This document shows positions 58,256 to 64,000 of a DNA stretch of 64,000 nt, piece after piece (the stretch's first letter is position 1; each line of letters starts with the position of its first letter). Source of the DNA: a virus (Duplodnaviria > Caudoviricetes); IMG/VR virus record IMGVR_UViG_3300037762_000282, positions 4,850 to 68,849 of that record; one strand, 5' to 3'. The position numbers and the translations under genes are program-made. Under the pieces are notes generated by a model. The model made no database searches and was not told the DNA's origin. It saw only the letters and a list, made by a program, of their open reading frames with translations.

Positions 58256-59347
58256 CTATCCCTCGGAGTCTCTGGTCAGGTATGAGGTCGCAATCAGCAG
58301 CAGGTGAGCCTCATCGGCGCGGCTGAGCTTCGCCCGCCACCGCTCAACGGTGATCGAGCCGTTCTCCTCATCACGAACCCCAACGATAAACACGCGGTCC
58401 CAAGTGGTCTCGCCGGAGACGATCTCGGCCAGGAGCTGCTCTAGACAGTCGCGGACGGTCCAGTCTTGAGAATCCCTGGAGCGCATCGCCTTGCCGGCGC
58501 CGAAGTTCACAGGCTTCACCGCTCGTCCTGCCTTCGCTGGAAGTACTCGTGCCCGAGCTTTTCTCGAACAATCTTCGCCCTCTCGCCCTCCGGCACGCCT
58601 TGGGCCGCGAGCGATGCGTGTTCCAGGCTTCTCGCCGCCAGCTCAGGGTTCGCCCTCTCGCTTCCCGGCTCGATCGGCGCGAAGTACGACCAAGCACTCC
58701 GACGGTCCGCGTCGGCACAGGCTCGCAGGCAGTCCTTGCAGCCGACGACGTACTCCCCGCGTTCGTCTACTCGGACCGTCAGGGCATAGCTCCCGCACGA
58801 CGGGCAGCAGCCCTCCTGGTCCAACGGGGAGAACGGGGCACGCGGGAGATTGAGGTCAAGCTTCATCGCGCTTTCTCCTTCGCCGGCTCGGATTGCGTGG
58901 AGTCCACCACGAGGTCGACCGCGTAGGTCGCGCCGCAGTTGTGGCACGGAACCCCGCTCCAACTGGCGGTAGCCGCGCCGTGCACGGGCGCCGTGCCGAC
59001 GAATACAACCTTGGCGCCGCAACCGGGGCACCGAAAGGACCCTGATACCGGAATGTCGCCGCCGCCAGGACCAGTCGGCACGGACCGTAACCCGCCGCCG
59101 TCTGGATCTGGGGATTCTCGGAAAAGTGGCTCTTTGACGTATCCCGCGACCTTCATCTGGCCCTCTCCTTCGCCCGCTCGATCGCCGCCACCGCGTCCTC
59201 CCGCCTGATCCGGTACTCCCGCAGCGGCCTGGTAGCCGGTACCTCGCCGACCTCGATCAGCGCGTAGACGGTCCGCTTGCCGACGCCGAGTGTGCGGGCG
59301 AGCTGGCCGGCGGTCACGAACTCAACGCCTTCGGGCAACGCGGTCAT
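58256..59347 (-). other. Minus-strand moron cassette of four small genes (58256..58519, 58516..58866, 58863..59156, 59153..59347 excisionase-like HTH)
   Basis: ATGA-coupled ORFs; CxxC Zn-ribbon motifs; HTH_17 motif FVTAGQLARTLGVGKRTVYALIEVGEVPA; TAGAAT 6 nt before ATG 59347. Confidence 0.7.
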
Positions 59348-59779
59348 GCCGTGATTCTAGACGCGTTCGTCCCGTTCGGCGAGTTTACCGCATTTGTGCA
59401 TCCCGGGGTTTTCCTCTCCTCCCTGCCGCGCTACAACCCCCGGCAGGGGATGAACATCAACGCTCAATCTTGCGGGTCAGGGTCGCGCGGGGTGGTCTCC
59501 ATCCCTCGGCTGCCTTTCTCGCCCGCCGAGCTGGGGAGAGACCGCGCGCCCCGCCGGCCCCGCGAGGTGTTTATGCGGTGGATCGGGTTCAGCTCTACGT
59601 ACCGTCGGCTTACCCAGTGGCGCCGAGTGCTGTGCAAGCGAGGCGCATCGGTGATGCGGGCCAGAGGGCGACGCACTTACGGCAAACCCGGATGGCCGGT
59701 CTTCCGGAAGTGCGCCAGTCGAGCCAAGGGAAAGCCGCAGACCGTCGCGGAATGACGCCAAGAGGATGAGCAAGATTAG

Positions 59780-59944
59780 ATGGCGCAGACAACCGTCACG
59801 CTGAAGGTTTCAGAGTTCCCCGGGGTGATCGCCGGGCTACGGCGCGCCATCGCCGAACGCCTCCGCTCCGAAGCTGATGGAGAGCCCGAGTTTGTGGCCT
59901 CCAAGCTGCGGAAGATTGCCGCCGACTTCGAGGCCGGGCAGTGA
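59780..59944 (+). CDS. Small inserted ORF (54 aa)
   Basis: MAQTTVTLKVSEFPGVIAGLRR..., flanked by an 11-bp direct repeat TGAGCAAGATT. Confidence 0.5.
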   Translation: MAQTTVTLKVSEFPGVIAGLRRAIAERLRSEADGEPEFVASKLRKIAADFEAGQ

Positions 59945-60399
59945 GCAAGATTGCAGACGAGCTGATCGCCGAGGTCACGAAGCAGTATCTCGACTTCCGG
60001 GGCGGGCGGGTCGCTGCCACCTTCCTCGACGTCGCCAACTCTCTAGCCCCCGTCAAAGAGGGTGCACTCAAGGCCGGGATTCAGGCGTTCAGCGGCTCGC
60101 CGCCCGAGGCGTTCGACACGCCGGAAGAGGCGCCCGCTCGAGACACCCGCGCCGGTACGCCGGCCCCCGCAGCAGCGAAAGCCGCAGCGCTCAAGTTGTC
60201 GCACGAGGCCGGTCTCGAGAAGACCTACGGATTCGCCTCGGCCGCCAGCTACAGCTCCTATCAGGCCGAGGGGACGGCGACCATCACGGCCCGCCCCTAC
60301 TGGCAGGCGGCGCTCGCAGCGGCCGGGACAGTGACGGCAGGACCCTCGGCGCCGTCAGGCGGCGGACGGCAGCGCGACTCGCGCGGGAGGTTCCTGTGA
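59941..60399 (+). CDS. Tail completion protein (HK97 gp10-like)
   Basis: LAPVKEGALKAGI..YSSY..GTATITARPYW. Confidence 0.7.
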   Translation: MSKIADELIAEVTKQYLDFRGGRVAATFLDVANSLAPVKEGALKAGIQAFSGSPPEAFDTPEEAPARDTRAGTPAPAAAKAAALKLSHEAGLEKTYGFASAASYSSYQAEGTATITARPYWQAALAAAGTVTAGPSAPSGGGRQRDSRGRFL

Positions 60400-61199
60400 G
60401 CCTCTACCACGAGGCCGTGCTCGACCTCCGCGCCCTGGCTACGGCGGTGATCCCGCTGCCGGCCGATCGCATCGACTGGTCGGCCTTCGGCGCCGTCGGC
60501 ATCGACAAGCCAGGGCCGTCGATCCTGAATCCAGCGGATGGCGTGTGGGCGCGCGTGGTGCTGGCGGGCGAGGCGCCGAGCGGCGAGGGCGGTTGGAGCT
60601 GGGCCGAGAAGATCGGGACGATCGTGATCGAGCTGCGCTCGGAGTCGCCGGCCGATCAGGACCTCAGCGGGCTGGCCGTCATGGCCGGCGAGATCGAGAG
60701 CGATTTGAAGCGCACCGAGGTGGGCACGATCGGATTCGAGTCGGCGTGGACCGTCAGCGTCGATACCCAGCAGTCCCGCCAGCAGCTCAACGTCCTCGCC
60801 ATCTATCGCCGCATCGAGTACGACGCGGAGACCAACACCAGGGAGCCGCTGGCAGTGAACTACACCATCCCCGGCCACAGCTTCACGGCGATGCAACTGG
60901 TCCGACCAACCGGAGCCGGAACCTTCGCGTTGGCGCTGGCCGACGATCCCGCCAACTGCGCCCAAGCGCTGATTGTTTCGGTAGTCGGCGACCGCGTCTC
61001 CATGCGCCACCGCGGGCCGGTGCGGATCACCCACGGGCTCGGCGATGGGACTGGCCTAAACAACAACGTCTACGCGTCTCAGGCGGTGGCCGGCGCTCCG
61101 ACCGTCACCACCCCCGGAGCCGGCGTAGCGCAGCGCGTTGGCGTGATCGTCTCGACCACCGAACTGCTCCTCACGTTCGATCAACCCGAAGTCCAGTAG
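60396..61199 (+). CDS. Tail terminator with an extra C-terminal decoration-like domain
   Basis: GTG 60396; terminator-like N-half, then HSFTAMQLVRP..VYASQAVAGA..QRVGVIVSTTELL. Confidence 0.6.
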   Translation: MSLYHEAVLDLRALATAVIPLPADRIDWSAFGAVGIDKPGPSILNPADGVWARVVLAGEAPSGEGGWSWAEKIGTIVIELRSESPADQDLSGLAVMAGEIESDLKRTEVGTIGFESAWTVSVDTQQSRQQLNVLAIYRRIEYDAETNTREPLAVNYTIPGHSFTAMQLVRPTGAGTFALALADDPANCAQALIVSVVGDRVSMRHRGPVRITHGLGDGTGLNNNVYASQAVAGAPTVTTPGAGVAQRVGVIVSTTELLLTFDQPEVQ

Positions 61200-61208
61200 G
61201 AGACCACC

Positions 61209-61463
61209 ATGCCCGAGATCGTTCTGTTCAACAGCCACCCCGGGGCGCTCCGCCTCGAGTGTGACCTCCCCGAGCTGAGGCGCATCGACGCGCTGATCGT
61301 TCGGGGCGACAAGAAAGGACCGCACACCCGCTCCGAGGTGGCGGAGGCCGAGCACCTCGCCAAGCACCCCGCCTGGCTCAAGGACGCCGAGCGCGCCGCC
61401 AAGCCCGCGGTGACCGAGCAGGTGAAGCCCGCCAAGAAGGCGGAGAAAGAGGGTAACCGCTGA
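61209..61463 (+). CDS. Hypothetical protein
   Basis: RBS AGGAG; precedes the tube gene. Confidence 0.55.
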   Translation: MPEIVLFNSHPGALRLECDLPELRRIDALIVRGDKKGPHTRSEVAEAEHLAKHPAWLKDAERAAKPAVTEQVKPAKKAEKEGNR

Positions 61464-62695
61464 TGCGCTCCGAGCACACCACCATCGGGGTCGCGACCGA
61501 GTCCGCCTACGGAACGTGGCCCACCGCCGACAAGCAGCTCCTGCTGGTCAAGGACGCCACCCCGACGTACGACCGCAACTATCAGGCGCCGGCGTTCTGG
61601 AGTGGAGACGCCAACTCCTACCCGTCGGAGTTCCTGGACGAGGGCGGAAATCTGTCCCTGCCATCCGACCTCGTCTACGAGAACTACCTCCCCCTCTACG
61701 AATCGCTTATGGGCGCGGCTCGCGGCGCTGCGAAGTCGGAGGTCGACGTCGACATCGACGCCACCTCCGGCGTGCTCGCCACAGCGGGAGCGGCAGACTT
61801 CTCTGGGTTCCAGGTCGGGGACATGCTGTTTCTCGACGGCGCCGGCATCGCGCCGAACGTCGCCGAGTGGTACGGCCCGGTGTTGACGAAGAGCGCTACC
61901 GCCCTGACGCTGGCGACCGGCACGACGCAGCTCGCAGACTTCGCGGCCGGCGGTCAGGTGCGCATCCGTTCGCGCCGTCTGATCCCGGGCAACACCGACA
62001 TCTCGCTCGCCTGGGAGATGCAGCTCCTACGGCTCACCAACCGATTCATCATCGGCGAGGGCTACGGCGTCGGACAGATCGAGTGGAACATCCAGAAGGG
62101 CAACTTCCTGGGCGAGGTGGCTACCCTCATGGGGCAGGAGTTCAGCCCCGCCGCCGCGACCGCTGCAACCGGCACGATCGCCGCCAAGACCACCGATCCG
62201 ATGCGCCCCGCTCAGGGTGGTGTCGGTCGGATCTATCTCGCGGACGGCACTGTCGCGATGGGCGCTCCGCTCGCATCGACCATCGTGGTGAGCGAGTACG
62301 CCCAGCGGTGGACACACAACCAGGAGGGCATCAAGGGCCTCCCCACCGACGGCCCGCAGGCGCTCGACCGCGGCAACTGGGATGGCAGTCAGTTCACGGC
62401 CCGGGTGCGCCTCGACGACACCGCCTGGGCGCTCCTGGTGAACCCCGTCAAGAACAACACCACCATGCAGGCGGGCATCTCGGTCAAGGACAAGCAGGGG
62501 AATCGGATGTTCTTCTTCCACCCCGCTTGCCGGCCGCAGGGTGACATCGAGTTCGGCACCCGCGGCACGACCGTCTTCCATCCCCTGACGTTCCCGATCC
62601 ACGACCCGGTCAAGGACGGTACGTCGATCTACAACGCCGCCGGCTTCGGTTACCAACACGCCATGTTCTTCGTGCCGGTCGAGGCGCTGCCGTAA
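61463..62695 (+). CDS. Major tail (tube) protein
   Basis: MRSEHTTIGVATESAYGT tube-like N-terminus; upstream of TAC/TMP. Confidence 0.8.
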   Translation: MRSEHTTIGVATESAYGTWPTADKQLLLVKDATPTYDRNYQAPAFWSGDANSYPSEFLDEGGNLSLPSDLVYENYLPLYESLMGAARGAAKSEVDVDIDATSGVLATAGAADFSGFQVGDMLFLDGAGIAPNVAEWYGPVLTKSATALTLATGTTQLADFAAGGQVRIRSRRLIPGNTDISLAWEMQLLRLTNRFIIGEGYGVGQIEWNIQKGNFLGEVATLMGQEFSPAAATAATGTIAAKTTDPMRPAQGGVGRIYLADGTVAMGAPLASTIVVSEYAQRWTHNQEGIKGLPTDGPQALDRGNWDGSQFTARVRLDDTAWALLVNPVKNNTTMQAGISVKDKQGNRMFFFHPACRPQGDIEFGTRGTTVFHPLTFPIHDPVKDGTSIYNAAGFGYQHAMFFVPVEALP

Positions 62696-63402
62696 TGAGC
62701 ACAGAAACCAACGGCGCTCCAGCGACTGCCCAGGGAGCGACCATCACGGTCAACCTGCCGAAGGGTGCGGATGCGAGGGAAGCGGCGCGCCGGGCAGTGA
62801 AGGCCGGCGCCGCGCTGGTCCTCGAGAAGGACATCCCCGTTCCCGCTAACGTCGCCGAGCTGTTCCGCATGGAAGAGGAGGGATGGCCGTCGGTGCTGGC
62901 CTTCCCCTCCCCCGCTGGCCCGGTCGCGTTTCGCCTTCTGATCAGCAACAGCCTGGAAGTCCGAGAGGAGATGCAGAAGGCCGCCGAGCAGCACAGCCGC
63001 GACTACACCGCCTGGTACGAGTCGCTGAAAGAGAAGCAAAAGCAGATCAACGACGCGAAGGCCGAGTACGACGCCAGCGAGGACAAGGACGAATCGAACG
63101 CTCGGGTCAAGGCCCTGCTCGAGGAGTCGGTCGAGCTGCTGAAGGACGGCCAGCGCATCGCCGAGGCCGACTACGGCCGCGTCTTCGACACTGGCGTCAT
63201 CACCGGATGGAAAGAGGAAGAGATCGGCCTGCCCTTCAACCGCGAGAGCTTCATCTCCCTCGCCACCCGCTCCGGCGGTGCCCTGGTGCAGGGCGTGCGC
63301 GCCCGCTTCAGACAGCTCGTGCAGCCCAGGTTGGAGGTCCTGGACAGCGAGGGGGAAGCCTCATCGCCCGAGCAGGATGGTACGGCCAGCTCGGGCGGCT
63401 GA
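62695..63402 (+). CDS. Tail assembly chaperone (copy 2)
   Basis: Near-identical to 290..1009; slippery GGGGGAA at 63351..63357, with the -1 frame open to 63704. Confidence 0.75.
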   Translation: MSTETNGAPATAQGATITVNLPKGADAREAARRAVKAGAALVLEKDIPVPANVAELFRMEEEGWPSVLAFPSPAGPVAFRLLISNSLEVREEMQKAAEQHSRDYTAWYESLKEKQKQINDAKAEYDASEDKDESNARVKALLEESVELLKDGQRIAEADYGRVFDTGVITGWKEEEIGLPFNRESFISLATRSGGALVQGVRARFRQLVQPRLEVLDSEGEASSPEQDGTASSGG

Positions 63403-63684
63403 AGGAAAGCGACCTGGAGACCGAGTATCAACTTTTCATCGAGGGCGAACCAGGCACTCTCTACGGTCGGGAGCCGAGTCCGCGGCCGATCCTCTCGTTT
63501 CTCGAGGATGAGTTCTGGGATGTTGACCGCGACGTCAACGGTGGACTCTCCCGCATGTGCATCGATCATGCCCTGGCTCAGCGTGCCGAGCGCTGGCCGG
63601 AGTTGGGTCACCCCGCGGCGATGAGGATCTGCCGCGGCATCCTCCGGCAGATGAACATCAAGTACAGGGAAGAGAAGCGGGCCG

Positions 63685-64000
63685 ATGGCGCAGCTAATCG
63701 TTGAGGTCAACGACAAGGACTCGATCAAGCGGGTCGTAGCCGCGCTCAAGGGTCTTGGCGTCACCGGCGATCAGGTCAAGGCCAAGGTCGGCGGCGTTGG
63801 AAAGCCTCTGTCCGACCTTGAGCGGACCGGCGTCCCCGCCGTCGACGGTCTGATCGGAAAGTTCAAGGGCCTCGGTCCGGCAGCGATCGCGGCGGGGGTG
63901 GCGATCGGCGGCGTCGTCCTCGGCATCAAGCTATTCACCGCGGCCGTCTCCGCCGCCAAGCGCGTGCTCGATGAGGGAGTGCGGGCGTGGGCTCCCTACG
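63685..64000 (+). CDS. Tape measure protein 5' end (copy 2, truncated by the window)
   Basis: MAQLIVEVNDKDSIKRVV matches 1292 onward. Confidence 0.9.
   Translation, partial: MAQLIVEVNDKDSIKRVVAALKGLGVTGDQVKAKVGGVGKPLSDLERTGVPAVDGLIGKFKGLGPAAIAAGVAIGGVVLGIKLFTAAVSAAKRVLDEGVRAWAPY

Larger units (their letters stand above)
62416..64000 (+). repeat. Copy 2 of the diverged direct repeat
   Basis: Matches 1..1607 with mostly silent substitutions and short indels. Confidence 0.95.

Noticed and set aside
59351-59755. Plus-strand 134-aa ORF
   Set aside because: No RBS and no recognisable motif, and it overlaps a promoter region, so it is not supported enough to list.
1-64000. Reverse transcriptase/DGR, retron, Cas or host chromosomal genes
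   Set aside because: I saw no YADD/RT motifs, template-variable repeat pairs, cas genes or housekeeping genes.

Overview
The window holds essentially one complete, GC-rich, temperate siphovirus-type phage genome with a unit length of about 62.4 kb, read as a circular permutation. It starts inside the tail tube gene and ends in a second, diverged copy of the same tube/chaperone/tape-measure genes (1..1607 vs 62416..64000). Gene order: tail (TAC with a -1 frameshift, tape measure, tail tip, fibre); lysis-like genes with a stand-alone PAS gene and two tRNAs; a long block of small accessory genes; a minus-strand early arm (RusA, DNA methylase, large serine recombinase, DUF5131, ParB, replication initiator, Sak4-like ATPase, HNH); a cro/cI switch followed by a TPR gene and a convergent secreted-peptide gene; then terminase, portal, head and tail-completion genes. 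The main find is a minus-strand operon inserted in the head module (52640..54566). It encodes an IS110/Nop-like protein with no RuvC domain, plus seven clear and one degenerate hairpin units of the form stem-YCGA-N9-TGRG..CGR-N9-TG-stem. This matches the architecture of a TIGR-Tas (TasA-like) dual-spacer RNA-guide system, and most of the guide units are written in-frame inside the effector's own coding sequence. The second candidate is an arbitrium-like TPR receptor plus secreted peptide next to the repressor. All family assignments come from motif recognition by eye; no database search was run.
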